DNA of 62,854 nucleotides, filler included, from Squatina squatina (taxonomy: Eukaryota), in NCBI GenBank assembly GCA_031763465.1. It is 4 parts of 4 records of this genome, joined end to end, with 100 filler letters (N's around TTAATTAATTAA, not from the genome) between each part and the next. Parts side by side here need not be neighbours in the genome. Positions count along the whole stretch, not along the records: positions 1 to 20,502 come from JARFOE010000058.1; 3 more parts are not named here. One strand, given 5' to 3'. Within the stretch, counting starts at the first letter, position 1. Each line of letters opens with the position of its first letter. Position numbers and translations under genes: made by a program. Below, piece after piece: positions 1-12,344 of the stretch. The notes under the pieces are model-generated. The model was not told where the DNA came from. It ran no database searches and saw only the letters and a list, made by a program, of their open reading frames with translations.

Positions 1-175
1 AATTTCCCCCACGGGCGGTAAGGGGTTGACGTGGGGTGGTGATGGGTGGCCTCCGCAAACTCCCAGGCAATTTCCCGGGAGCCGGAAGCGCTGCCCCCAG
101 GGCGAAAAGTCTCTTCCGCCCCATTAGCGGCCCCCAGAGGCACTAACGCGTCTCAAAAAAGGGGCAATTTCGCCC
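1..175. mobile_element. End of a GC-rich non-autonomous DNA transposon (PIF/Harbinger-type MITE, tentative)
   Basis: GC-rich block ending in GGGGCAATTTCGCCC (161-175), then an abrupt switch to AT-rich DNA. The reverse complement motif GGGGGC(A/G)AAATTGCCC opens GC-rich blocks at 22931 and about 42739. Superfamily is inferred. Confidence 0.5.
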
Positions 176-1080
176 ACATAGAATGTACTGCAAATGGATA
201 TTATATTGAAGTTGATTCTGTTTTGTAAATATTATTATAAGAAATAACTTTCATATAATTCCAGATCGTATGGTTTTGGATCAAGCCTTAAAATATCAGT
301 TTACCCCTCTCAATTGTGAAATTTAGGGGAAGGTCCATGGCTCATAGCCAGGGCACCACCAAAGTTGAAAATAGTGCAAGAGATTCAGTAAATTTGAAGC
401 GATGAGACCACTTTTAAAAGGCTCAAGGTTACAAGGAGGATGACAAATGAGGGGGGAAATATATTGTGTAGCTCAGAGGTTCTGAAAAGAGTGAGAATGT
501 TGGAAGTCTTCTGCATTTGAATTTACTTTTATTTTTATCTAAACAGTCCAACAATTTCCAATTTATTGACAAAAAACTTGGATGAAATTTGTCAAAGGCA
601 TATACATATAACTTGCTGCAGCCCTATTTTGCACTTAAATTTCATTAACTCACTTCTCACTTTCCAGTGAGAGAAAAATTATTGGGAGTCAAGACTATTC
701 CCGTATTAAAACTCGCCATCGTCCCACAGCCCCAAAGTGTTTCATCTGCTCGTGAGAAGGAAGGCACTGGCAACATGTGATAATGGCAGATACTGAACAG
801 AGTTGGAGCCAATAATAGCTGCATAAACAGTGAACCCAAGATTTTGAAAAAAATTCTTGACATTTTCACATGCACGAAGGAAAAATGTCTAAACAATAAT
901 GCAGCATTGTACAAAAAGCATACTTACAAGTTACTATTTTGTGCAACGTCAACTGTTTAATATTAAACATCTGAATTCAATCAAGTATCTGTTTTTTAAA
1001 TATAGGTTCAAAACGCAAGAATTGAAACTCATGTATAATTTTGAGAAAACAACACTCTATACTTGAAGTAGATATCTTAC

Positions 1081-1600
1081 CTGCCAATGTGCTGGTGTGC
1101 CTGAAAGCTCTGACCTGGGAGTCTGACAACCCAGTTAGCAGGGAGATAACAGTGTCCATCATGTATTCATCATATATGATACTGTACTGACACTGCCGTA
1201 CAAGCACAGAGATGAATTCACAGAAACTGGACTTGAATTTCTTCCACTGTGGACCAGGCATTGTCAGAGGGTAATCACCACTCATCAAACTCCTCTGTCA
1301 TCTTACGAATTATCTCCGAATTCTGCATATGACGGAACATCTCAGCAGTAACAATGCCTTTAAACCCGAACACTGAATGAAAAAGTTTGAGATCAAGAAA
1401 TGCTACATTCATGCTTGGAGGATTCTATCCAGTCATCTACAACGGACTGCATTGCACTCTTGCCCAATTTCACAACTTCAAATAGCATCATGTTTTCCAC
1501 TCCCCCATTCTGTTGGTGATGTCCATTCATCCGGTTCATGCCTGTCATAGTTTTTGCACCATTTCCATTTTTTCCTTTCTCTCCAGTGGCTTTTTTGCCC
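1081..1600 (-). CDS. STAG2: Cohesin subunit SA-2, N-terminal part: four exons joined without introns, frameshifted in the middle
   Basis: Translates to [72 protein letters not shown] and [67 protein letters not shown], near-identical to human STAG2. Ends at a GTAAG donor (1080). Syntenic with XIAP and THOC2. Confidence 0.95.
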
Positions 1601-1866
1601 AAGAAAAGTTAAGCCTGCCCACTAAGGTGGGATAGTGTGGTTTAATTTATTTTTCTGATTCACAAGGACAGTTTTGAAATTCACAAGTGAAATAAATGAG
1701 TTTTGCTTATGACTGTCTGTCTGTCTTTACATTCACTTCCTGTCCAAAAATAAAGCATCTTCACAATGCATATCTAGCTTCATCTCATTAAAATGTTTTC
1801 AGTTTATGTACTGAAACATTGGACAAGTGCACAATGTGCAATATCCACTTCAGATCACAAGGGTAT

Positions 1867-1975
1867 TAGAAAGATAGAAAATAGGAGCAGGAGTAGGCCA
1901 TTCGGCCCTTCGAGCCTGCTCTGCCATTCAATATGATCGTGGCTGATCATCCAAATTCAGTACCCTGTTCCTGCT
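1867..1975 (-). mobile_element. CR1-clade (HER1-like) LINE/SINE 3' end
   Basis: AGAAAATAGGAGCAGGAGTAGGCCATTCGGCCCTTCGAGCCTGC. The reverse complement occurs at 4989-5065 and the same motif at 29530-29577. Confidence 0.8.
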
Positions 1976-3424
1976 NNNNNNNNNNNNNNNNNNNNNNNNN
2001 NNNNNNNNNNNNNNNNNNNNNNNNNNNNNNNNNNNNNNNNNNNNNNNNNNNNNNNNNNNNNNNNNNNNNNNNNNNAGAGTCTTTGCTGGGAATAACCTAG
2101 GAGTGCAGAGAACAAAAAAGGGTCAAGGTCCTGCCTGTTTGCAACTCACAATAAAACAATAGGAGCCCAGCACTTCATTCAAACCTATTAATGAAATAAC
2201 AATTGGTATAGAACAAAGGCCAGGGGAGAGTTCAGCAGCTCAAGGACCTCCAGGCCAATGAGACAAAGGCAGGCATAAGATTGGGAAGAGGTCCAAGAAA
2301 AGGACAATATTAAAAGAAATCTGACAAATACCCACATCAGACCAGATTGTTCTAGAGAAATTAAGGTCACAGACTGAACGGGCCAACCTTTTTAAGGTCT
2401 AAGGACGACAACTCGCCTCCATAACTTTGGGCTGAGGTGGGCAATCNNNNNNNNNNCTGAAATTCACCATCGGGGGTGACACGAAGAGTGTTCTCATGGG
2501 CTGGCTGTTTGGCTCACTGAACCATACCCTAGCCCAAAACATTGGCTTCAAGGAGAGAAAAACATTAATTGTACAAAGTTGGGAAACATGCAAGACGAGC
2601 AGTTTTCATTATGGAAAATATTGTGCAGCTGAATAACTTAAACAACTTACTGAGGGAGATGAAATTCTGTGGGTATTTCAGGTTCAGCTATCATCTCCTA
2701 CACATCTTCTGTGACAAAAGTAAATTATATTGGTCCTCCCCACTTCACAATAGCAGTGTGTTCAGTTCCAACCAAGTCACTTCTAGTCACAGAACGCAAA
2801 ACCTGAAAGGAAGAAAAAATAAACTGAATCTTTTGACTTCCTCCCCATTAATCTCTTCACATTTAATATTTTACAGCAAATGCAGCTTAACGGGTAAAAG
2901 GAGCATCTGGTGTAGCACTCAGTCATACAGATCAGAAGGTCAAGGTGTGATTCCCGGTCAATGCTGACTGGTAGCAGTGAGGAAACAATAACTGGCCCGA
3001 CATCCCTTGGCACATGGCAGCAGGGTTGAAGAAATCAGCCCAAGTTTCGTTGCTGTTGAGGAATTAGAATGCTTGCTGGAAAGTGAAAGCTGGAAGATGA
3101 CAGGATTGAAACAACCCACAGTTTATCGTTCGCCAACACTCACTGTCTTGGATGACAGATAAAGAAAGACCATTTGAATGTGAAACAGTCCTTTAAAGAA
3201 GATGAGGACAAGAGTTAAAAACTGATGTATTTTTTTTGCTGTAAAAGGCTGGTGCATTGTGTAATCCACTAACTCCACATCCAGTACTACTTCATGTATT
3301 GGTAGGTCCCCCGACAAATGCAGATGTAAGAAATTTCCACATGAGCAGCCAACTGAGAAAATCAAGTTCTCAGTCCTGGGGCACAATTTAAGGAACCTCC
3401 TCCGAAATGGGAAAATGCAGCTGT

Positions 3425-3690
3425 GGGAGTGGGTAGGGGAGTGACAATGGGAAGAGCGAGGGAGGGAGGAAAGAGTGGAGTTCATGGGAGTAACAGAGGT
3501 ACGGGGGGGTGGAAATGGAGGGAGAGGGAGTCAAAATCACAGAAGGGGAGGGAGTGATGGGGAGATGAGGAAGGAGAGGGAGGCAGAGTGTTAAAGGAAG
3601 AAAGGAAAGGAAGGAGAGTGGTGGTGGGAGGGAGGGAAGTAATGCGAGAATGAAAGGAGGGAGAGGAAGGGGTAGGGGAATGGGAAGAGT
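3425..3690 (+). repeat. Purine-rich (GGA/GGGA) low-complexity tract
   Basis: Almost entirely G/A on the + strand, with many GGG/GGA runs. Confidence 0.8.
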
Positions 3691-4988
3691 CGAAGTCTAA
3701 AGTATATTTAAATGCTCATCAGAAAGGTAAAATTTTAAAACTTTACATGACTGAGCTGGAGTGTTGCCTGCTCAGACAGTGATTGCATTCAAAATTCCCC
3801 ATTGCCACCAAGTCTCAGAGTCCCTTGCTGTGGTGGCGCTCTGGAGCCTCACCATTGTAAAAGTGGGCAGNNNNNNNNNNNNNNNNNNNNNNNNNNNNNN
3901 NNNNNNNNNNNNNNNNNNNNNNNNNNNNNNNNNNNNNNNNNNNNNNNNNNNNNNNNNNNNNNNNNNNNNNCAGGTGTTTGTGAGCTTTCTGCAGTCTCAC
4001 TGGACAGATGAGATGCTGAAACAACTTACTCAAATTTAACGATACAGTACTGATCATTTGCATTTAGTTATTTGCTTGTCACCATCATTAAAGTCCACAG
4101 CTGACAGGAACTTGGAAAGAAAAATAATTTGAAAAATTAATCCCCTTTGGTCAGTGGCAAAAAAGCAAATATAGCTCACATTTTTGCCCCTCCAAATATA
4201 ATAGAAATAGCAAACCACACAAACACTGAACAAAAATATAAACAAATATTGCACACACTGTAAGGTTGATCAATAGCAGAGCACGAGCACATGCTTCCAT
4301 CACACAACTTCAAATATTTCTACAATGTCATCACAATGAAAAAGTTTCCATAAGAAAAGCTGTCATGATGATTACATCACAAGACTTCAAATAATTAGGT
4401 CAATGCCTTCCCACATTACAATGATCCTGGAGGAGGGTACATCACGTTCAGACCAAATCTAAATTAAGCTGCTCTCATCAGTTCACATGCGACAGTTAAA
4501 TTTAGATCTGTGATTATTTCAGAACGGNNNNNNNNNNNNNNNNNNNNNNNNNNNNNNNNNNNNNNNNNNNNNNNNNNNNNNNNNNNNNNNNNNNNNNNNN
4601 NNNNNNNNNNNNNNNNNNNNNNNNNNNNNNNNNNNNNNNNNNNNNNNNNNNNNNNNNNNNNNNNNNNNNNNNNNNNNNNNNNNNNNNNNNNNNNNNNNNN
4701 NNNNNNNNNNNNNNNNNNNNNNNNNNNNNNNNNNNNNNNNNNNNNNNNNNNNNNNNNNNNNNNNNNNNNNNNNNNNNNNNNNNNNNNNNNNNNNNNNNNN
4801 NNNNNNNNNNNNNNNNNNNNNNNNNNNNNNNNNNNNNNNNNNNNNNNNNNNNNNNNNNNNNNNNNNNNNNNNNNNNNNNNNNNNNNNNNNNNNNNNNNNN
4901 NNNNNNNNNNNNNNNNNNNNNNNNNNNNNNNNNNNNNNNNNNNNNNNNNNNNNNNNNNNNNNNNNNNNNNNNNNNNNNNNNNNNNNNN

Positions 4989-5065
4989 AATGGCGGTGCA
5001 GGCTCGAAGGGCCTAATGGCCTACTCCTGCACCTATTTTCTATGTTTCTATGTCTATGTTTCTAT
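4989..5065 (+). mobile_element. CR1-clade LINE 3' end with TTCTATG-type microsatellite tail
   Basis: GGCTCGAAGGGCCTAATGGCCTACTCCTGCACCTATTTTCTATGTTTCTATG. Confidence 0.8.
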
Positions 5066-7259
5066 TAGTGCCAGTACCTCCAGTCAACATGCCCGAAAGT
5101 CAACAACTCTCCCGAAACAACTCTACTTTTCTACATCTCTCCAACTATAAAAGCCTTCACAAACTCCACTTTGACCATGTCTTCTATTATCTCATGCAAC
5201 TCTTCAAACTTTTGCACTGTGTCCAGTCTCCCATTGTCAAAGTCACCAGAGTTACAATTTGTTGTTCAAGTTGTTGTGACGCCAGTGCAAAATTCAAAGG
5301 GAATCCATACGATTAAAAATATATGTTTGCAATACTGAGTTCCACTGCACAAAATAATTAACTTTCACTTCAAGAAATTGAGGCCTGCTTTCTCTTCTGC
5401 CAATTCTGTATTTTAAACACCAAAACTAAACTATGTAAATTGCATAAAAGCAGTTATCTTGCAGTTATGGATATTTTTCAAAAAAATGTTACAAACTAAA
5501 TGGCAATTCAAGGATTGTTTACGGAATCACATCGCGAGAATGTTTTACCCACAGAAACCTAAACTACTCTGATCCGATCGTTTCATGAGTCAGTACAAAC
5601 AAGATACACATTGTTGCATGTACTCTAATTTAATCATTAATGCCCTGTTTCTCAGAAGACTAACATTATTGTGATTACAAGACAGACACTGAAATCTAAT
5701 TTTCAGCTGGGCAACTGCCATTATTGGCTGAGAAATTTAATCTGAGAGCACTGGGTTCGCTTGTACCACTTCCTGTTCAACAGTGAGTTCAGCTTCTTTC
5801 AGAGTAATATGCTGACATCATTTTGAATGAGTACCGGCTTCGAACACTCTGGTAACCATTCAAATATTAAATAGAACACTTAATTACAAAACTAAACTGG
5901 TTCACCGAGCCTACTTATAATATTATCTAAATATATACTNNNNNNNNNNNNNNNNNNNNNNNNNNNNNNNNNNNNNNNNNNNNNNNNNNNNNNNNNNNNN
6001 NNNNNNNNNNNNNNNNNNNNNNNNNNNNNNNNNNNNNNNNNNNNNNNNNNNNNNNNNNNNNNNNNNNNNNNNNNNNNNNNNNNNNNNNNNNNNNNNNNNN
6101 NNNNNNNNNNNNNNNNNNNNNNNNNNNNNNNNNNNNNNNNNNNNNNNNNNNNNNNNNNNNNNNNNNNNNNNNNNNNNNNNNNNNNNNNNNNNNNNNNNNN
6201 NNNNNNNNNNNNNNNNNNNNNNNNNNNNNNNNNNNNNNNNNNNNNNNNNNNNNNNNNNNNNNNNNNNNNNNNNNNNNNNNNNNNNNNNNNNNNNNNNNNN
6301 NNNNNNNNNNNNNNNNNNNNNNNNNNNNNNNNNNNNNNNNNNNNNNNNNNNNNNNNNNNNNNNNNNNNNNNNNNNNNNNNNNNNNNNNNNNNNNNNNNNN
6401 NNNNNNNNNNNNNNNNNNNNNNNNNNNNNNNNNNNNNNNNNNNNNNNNNNNNNNNNNNNNNNNNNNNNNNNNNNNNNNNNNNNNNNNNNNNNNNNNNNNN
6501 NNNNNNNNNNNNNNNNNNNNNNNNNNNNNNNNNNNNNNNNNNNNNNNNNNNNNNNNNNNNNNNNNNNNNNNNNNNNNNNNNNNNNNNNNNNNNNNNNNNN
6601 NNNNNNNNNNNNNNNNNNNNNNNNNNNNNNNNNNNNNNNNNNNNNNNNNNNNNNNNNNNNNNNNNNNNNNNNNNNNNNNNNNNNNNNNNNNNNNNNNNNN
6701 NNNNNNNNNNNNNNNNNNNNNNNNNNNNNNNNNNNNNNNNNNNNNNNNNNNNNNNNNNNNNNNNNNNNNNNNNNNNNNNNNNNNNNNNNNNNNNNNNNNN
6801 NNNNNNNNNNNNNNNNNNNNNNNNNNNNNNNNNNNNNNNNNNNNNNNNNNNNNNNNNNNNNNNNNNNNNNNNNNNNNNNNNNNNNNNNNNNNNNNNNNNN
6901 NNNNNNNNNNNNNNNNNNNNNNNNNNNNNNNNNNNNNNNGGGTGATTTATGGGGATCTGTTTACTATGAATTATTTTTCTTCAAAAATAAATCATCCACA
7001 GACACAAATGTTGAAAGAAATGGCGAGTATATGGAATAAAAAAGTGGCAAGAAAGGCTTATGTTGGGAAAGATCATTGAAAAAAAATGAACTGATGCCCC
7101 TAAACTCTTGTGGAATAATGTCTCCTCTCTCTTGCCAAGAGTGTTTACAACAATGTCACATGGACCCGGACATGACTACAGCCATTCTTACTCCCAAAGA
7201 GGTTGACTTCGACCCTTTTTAAACACGAAATAAACTCACGAAAAACAAAAAAAAAACAC

Positions 7260-7765
7260 TTTATTTTAAGAAGCTGCTATCGAGGCTCGGCCTTGATGAA
7301 CAAGAACGAGCAGCTTTACTATTTCCGATAAGGAAGTGATTCTACAAAAAAAATGTTCGCCCAAAAAAATCGTCGTCGGCATAAAAGCGCCGTTGGCAGA
7401 CTTGTCCTTTTCCACCAAAAAAAAGTGAAATTAAGGACACGGAAATGTTTCTAAAAAGGTTAAAAAAAATAAGTGGCGCCAAAAAGTCTCCCTCTCCCTC
7501 CTGCCATGTCGCCAAAACCAATTTGATTTTCATTTTTAATTTTTTTTTACATTTTTTTTTAAAAAGCCAATCGGCCGTTTTTGGTGTTTTTTTAAGTTTG
7601 AATCGGGTGTGAGCCGGGAGTTTGTGCGGGAGGAGGGCGAGCGTTTGGAGTAGTTTACCCTCCGGCAGAGTTTTATTTTCCCCCCTTTCCCCTTCTCTCT
7701 CTCTCTCTGTGTCGCTCGCTCGATCTTTCCGACTAGGCCCCGATTGCGAATTTTAAAAACAAACC
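7260..7765 (-). promoter_or_regulatory. STAG2: CpG-rich putative STAG2 5' region / non-coding first exon
   Basis: Local CpG enrichment upstream of the STAG2 coding exons and downstream of the XIAP 3' end. Candidate minus-strand donor GG|GTAAAC at 7659/7658. Assignment is positional inference. Confidence 0.45.
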
Positions 7766-8795
7766 NNNNNNNNNNNNNNNNNNNNNNNNNNNNNNNNNNN
7801 NNNNNNNNNNNNNNNNNNNNNNNNNNNNNNNNNNNNNNNNNNNNNNNNNNNNNNNNNNNNNNNNNTTCCTTTATTCTATTAGCTTTCAATTTAATCCCCA
7901 TCATATAAACTTAGTTGGATATTTCTAGCTATAGTTTACTCAGCAAGTACATGTTCATTCTGAACTCAAATCCCAAACCAATAACTGAAAATACAGTAGT
8001 TGGCCACTTAGCAAAAAAATGACAGCTTTGCCTTCAACTTCCTGCAAATTGGTTGTGCAAATGGGATCATTTTGAAATGTGCACCAATCCACAACCAGAG
8101 TTAATGCAAGACAGTTCACAAAGCCACCATACACCAGTTTTTCCTCCCACCCTCATGGAAATAGAGTATGCAGTCATCTGGCAACATGCCTGAAAATTCA
8201 CCAATAGCAAAAACAGATTTTCACAGCCACAAATTCAATCCACAGCTGCCAGCTTCATTAAGTGCTGTACAAAAATGCTGTTAATTCAATGCAGCTATTT
8301 TAAGACTCCAAATTTTAATCAATTTGTACAATCATGCCAAATTATGTATAAAAATTGAATGCTTCAATTGAAGGATTTATTTGTTCAATGAATCAGACCT
8401 CCACAAATCAAGGATGCCCTTACACAAGGTTGTGTAAGAGAGTGGGAATCCTGTTTTAGAGCAACAGGAATTGTATCAGAACCTTCTGAAATAGCCAATG
8501 TTTGATAAAGATCTGTAAGAGATTAAAGACAGATTTCAAACCAACAATTGAACAATTCTTGACTGTAATTTGTACACTATATTGCTTCGATAATTATTCT
8601 TCAAGTTGCCAGTTAATTGGACACTATTAAATCTTGCATATAATGATTATTTGAATAAGTGACAGCAGTTAGAAAGGAAACAAGCTGAACTCAAACTTTC
8701 ATTTAATACAAGTTAATAAAATCTTCATTTGCGATCAAATTCAGACAACAATTTTGGATGAATTTTTACATGATTCATGAGTTACTTGTCAGTAA

Positions 8796-8986
8796 TTAAG
8801 ACATGTATATTCTAACTCTCTCCAGAATTTGGGAGCAACATATAGGGCACTTCTGCACAGCAGAACATTCTTTACATGTGGCGATATGACCACAGGGTAC
8901 AAAGGCAATGCAAACATCTCGATCCCAACAAATTTTGCAACACTTCTCTTCCTTCAGTTTTTTCAATTGCTCCTCCACATTTGTAT
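8796..8986 (-). CDS. XIAP: XIAP last coding exon (C-terminal RING E3 ligase domain)
   Basis: Acceptor tctcttcatag, then TNVEEQLKKLKEEKCCKICWDRDVCIAFVPCGHIATCKECSAVQKCPICCSQILERVRIYMS*. This is an IAP-type C3HC4 RING with the IYMS end (human IFMS). Confidence 0.92.
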
Positions 8987-9446
8987 CTATGAAGAGACAT
9001 GGAGACACTGTTGAAACAGGCTAAGAGATCAAACTTGGTTAACATATACATGCTTGTAAAAGTAAACCATGTAACAAGTCAAGAGAAATTGCAACTAATT
9101 TGTCAACACTATTCAGAGAACAACCAACCATACTTTAAAAACACTCAAACATGTCTAATGTACAAAGTTGAGTACTCAATATATTTCTATTTAAGGTCAA
9201 GAGTTTCAGGCCAGGCAATAAACAGGGATGCCCACGTAACTTCGAAAAATGCTCGATTTAAGTGAACCTTGAAGCTGTTGCACTCGGCTGTGAAGAAAGG
9301 CAATTACAAATTTAAAAGTTGTGAATTTTGTGCTGATCGAAATGAGNNNNNNNNNNNNNNNNNNNNNNNNNNNNNNNNNNNNNNNNNNNNNNNNNNNNNN
9401 NNNNNNNNNNNNNNNNNNNNNNNNNNNNNNNNNNNNNNNNNNNNNN

Positions 9447-10257
9447 GTGAATCAAATGTCTGCTTGTCTGGGTGTTTTGGGAGATCAATGTTTGGTTTTG
9501 GTATACCATTTAATGGCTGGTTAACATCTGCTGTGGTGCAATTTGGGTCAACTGGTATATTTCCAACAGAATGTCCTGAAACGAAAGAGCACATAGGAAA
9601 ATGCCTCTTGTGCTCAGACATTGCTCTGTCTCCTGGTTCCCAATTTTTCATTAACCCACCACAACAAAAGCATTGAACGTGATCATCTCTGCATAAATAA
9701 TAAAGCCCTGCTTTCGCAAGCTCTCTTGGGGTTACAATGCCATAACTAGGCCAGGTTGTGAAGGTTTTGATTCTGGCTTCTTCACTGCACATAGCAGGAT
9801 TCCTGGTGCGCAGGTGGGACATGTCTTCAATACTTTTAGTTCTCACAGGATCGCTGAGATGATGATGATATTGTCGATCACTATTTGAGTGCGTGCAATG
9901 TCCATTTTCTGAAGGGCGATGACTACCAGCAGTTGCTCGCTCAGAGTTGCTTCTTTCTCGAAACGTAAATGGAAAACTGGAGTTTGGCATTTGGTCATTC
10001 ACACAGGAACTGTTAATAAATGGACAAGCTGGGAATAACTGCCTGTGTTTTCTGACAGCAGAGTCTCCATGTTGCCAGTTTTCTACTACGCCACCACAGC
10101 TGAAACATCTAACCTGGTCTTTGAAACCAGTGTAAAAGAAACCTGCTCGAGCCAATGTTGCTGCACACACTGGTACACCAGATGGAAAGTATATAAATGT
10201 TTCAAGCCTGCAGATCTCATCTGACAGATTGTTCACACAATCTGTTGCAATATCCAT
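9447..10257 (-). CDS. XIAP: XIAP first coding exon (BIR1, BIR2, start of BIR3; cut by an N gap)
   Basis: Two complete BIR domains (RLETF...CFSC...H...CPF and RNPAMCSEEARIKTF...CFCC...WEPGDRAMSEHKRHFPMC). In-frame stop upstream of the ATG at 10257. Candidate acceptor tttcatag| at 10403/10402. Lies between STAG2 and THOC2 as in human. Confidence 0.93.
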
Positions 10258-11492
10258 TTTGAAGAAAATATCTTGGGTGTGTTTATGAACCTACAGTTTC
10301 TTGGCTCAGTTTTGTTGGCTGGTACTCGGGTGTCTTTCCAATAATGTGATTTTTAAGAATGGTGTAGCCAACTTCTTTTTGCTGAAATTCCACTGGGTGC
10401 ACCTATGAAACAGCAAGCATTCATCATTACAAATCACTTAACGCAGGTTCTGTCCATGCAACAACTTCAGGCTAACACTGATTAAAAGAAGCATCAGCAC
10501 CAGTTTTCTTACAGTATATGTTGCCATGAAAAATAGCAAATTATAAAAACACTCCAGTGAGTAGATATTTGAAATAGAAACTAGCTCATCTCAAAATAAT
10601 GTTCTTTAAAAGCTCACATTTCAGATACGATTTAATTATATCCCTTTCAGGCATTCATGATAAAAGGTGAGCAGGAACTCAAAAGATCACTCACGACCTG
10701 CAAAAGAAAATCTAGACTGGACAATGTCTAGCTTTTCACTTCAGTCTTGTACATGGTTTCTGAAGCCAGTGGAATTGTACTGATACTTCAATTGCATTTA
10801 TGTGGTGAAACAGTACTCAAACACAAATAGTTAGATCATATACAGTGATAGGCAGATTTTTCAATACTTCCTTGGTTTCAGTGGACAAACAGCAATTTGC
10901 AAACCAATTCCCAACCATTATTTTAATCAGACATGCAACCCAAGTTTGTCCCAATCTCAAACAACTCTTCATTTTATATTTGATCCTCAATTCTTCAAGT
11001 ATCAAGAGCTGGATTTTAAATTTCAGATAAAGCACTCAAAACTTAGCAGAATCAGTGTTCCTCATTTCATTCAAAGAACAGATTGTATGAGGTGATAATT
11101 TATCCAGTTTGATTTAATTGCCATATTTTCTTCCAGCAAAAATAACTGCTTGATTAAATTGTTCAGTTCTGTATGTTTAATGCAGTATGCAAATGATTCA
11201 CATATCCCACAAGTTGGCCTGGTTATTCCCTATTTGGGGCATGTGGTTATCTATACTTCATAGATGTTCAGTTAACAGTCAATGCTTTGCAAATGTCAAA
11301 TCAAGGATTTACTGTACATGTTGATTTTGACAAAGTAAGGAATCAGACAACAGTAAAGTTATTGTTTTNNNNNNNNNNNNNNNNNNNNNNNNNNNNNNNN
11401 NNNNNNNNNNNNNNNNNNNNNNNNNNNNNNNNNNNNNNNNNNNNNNNNNNNNNNNNNNNNNNNNNNNNTTTTTTTTCCCTTTGCATTTACAG

Positions 11493-11544
11493 GAACTTCG
11501 GGATGATATGTCATCAATTCTGGCCGATGTTTTCTGTGTTCTAG
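11493..11544 (+). CDS. THOC2: THO complex subunit 2, internal exon (ELRDDMSSILADVFCVL)
   Basis: AG/GT bounded, 52 nt. Matches human EFREDMPSILADVFCIL. Confidence 0.93.
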
Positions 11545-11653
11545 GTGAGGGAGAAACAAACGTGCACTTTTTTTATAGCAATTAATCAATATCAATTTCA
11601 TATACGTTGTAGTGAGAGCTCATGACATTAATGACAGGAAATGTTAATTTCAG

Positions 11654-11724
11654 ATATTGAAACAAGTTGCATGGAAGAAAAAAGTAAGAGAGATCATTTT
11701 ACTCAACTGGTTTTAGCATGTTTG
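11654..11724 (+). CDS. THOC2: THOC2 internal exon ([24 protein letters not shown])
   Basis: tttcag|...|gtgagt, 71 nt, in phase with the previous exon. Matches human [24 protein letters not shown]. Confidence 0.95.
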
Positions 11725-12018
11725 GTGAGTATCCTGAGCATATATTGAAAATTTTTAAGCTTGGAAAGTTTTTCTGAATGTTGCTAGTTTATTATTTTAA
11801 TGTGTGCAGACTTGGCGCATAATGCCTGCCACCTTATAGCACACACATCACCAGCATGTAAGGCTACCCAGATAGCCTAGTTAGTAGGCATGATTCAGTG
11901 ATGTGGGATATGGTTTGTATTTGTCTACAAGGACATTTGGCATCATCGTGAAGTCCCGATTGGTGACAATTTGAAGTGTATTGTCCCTGTCCAGTTTGCA
12001 AGCATTTGAGAAGTGCCC

Positions 12019-12270
12019 AAATACAAGGTGGTCAGTTGAATCCTGGTTAACTGTAGGGCTGGATATGACGTGATGGTTTTCAGGTACTTAATTTGTCCAT
12101 TTTTCATACCAACAAGTTGTTAAGGAAAAGACAAAGGAATCGGGAAAGCTAACCATATTGAATGCTTCGAAGAGAGCCACACTGTTGGATAGAATAAATG
12201 GAGTGAATTCGTAACATGATATTGTCACCAAGCCTTTGCACCAATTTTACAACTGCATCTGGATGACGAA
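12019..12270 (+). mobile_element. Possible very degenerate LTR-retrotransposon (Gypsy-like) integrase relic
   Basis: Stop-riddled frames give GGQL...GWI*RDGFQVLNLSIFH and CFEESHT...EFV...FAPILQLHL, loosely resembling the rve core. Weak, judged by eye only. Confidence 0.25.
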
Positions 12271-12344
12271 GATGTAGAATACCTATGTCGCAGAGAACTG
12301 GTAACTATTCGGAGGAGTTTGGGTGCAATGTGCCTGACACATAG

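Noticed and set aside
4510-5016. Long ORFs in the track that are mostly X (also 18531-18983, 19562-20071 and others)
   Set aside because: They stay open only because N gaps contain no stops.
9304-9346. Apparent XIAP truncation (SFRSAQNSQLLNL*) implying a two-BIR protein
   Set aside because: It lies beyond an N gap and has no BIR3 similarity. It is intronic sequence read in frame by chance.
11725-11738. U12-like GTATCCT four bases into a THOC2 intron
   Set aside because: The canonical GTGAGT at 11725 gives the correct frame, the motif lacks the full GTATCCTT consensus, and the acceptor has a normal pyrimidine tract.
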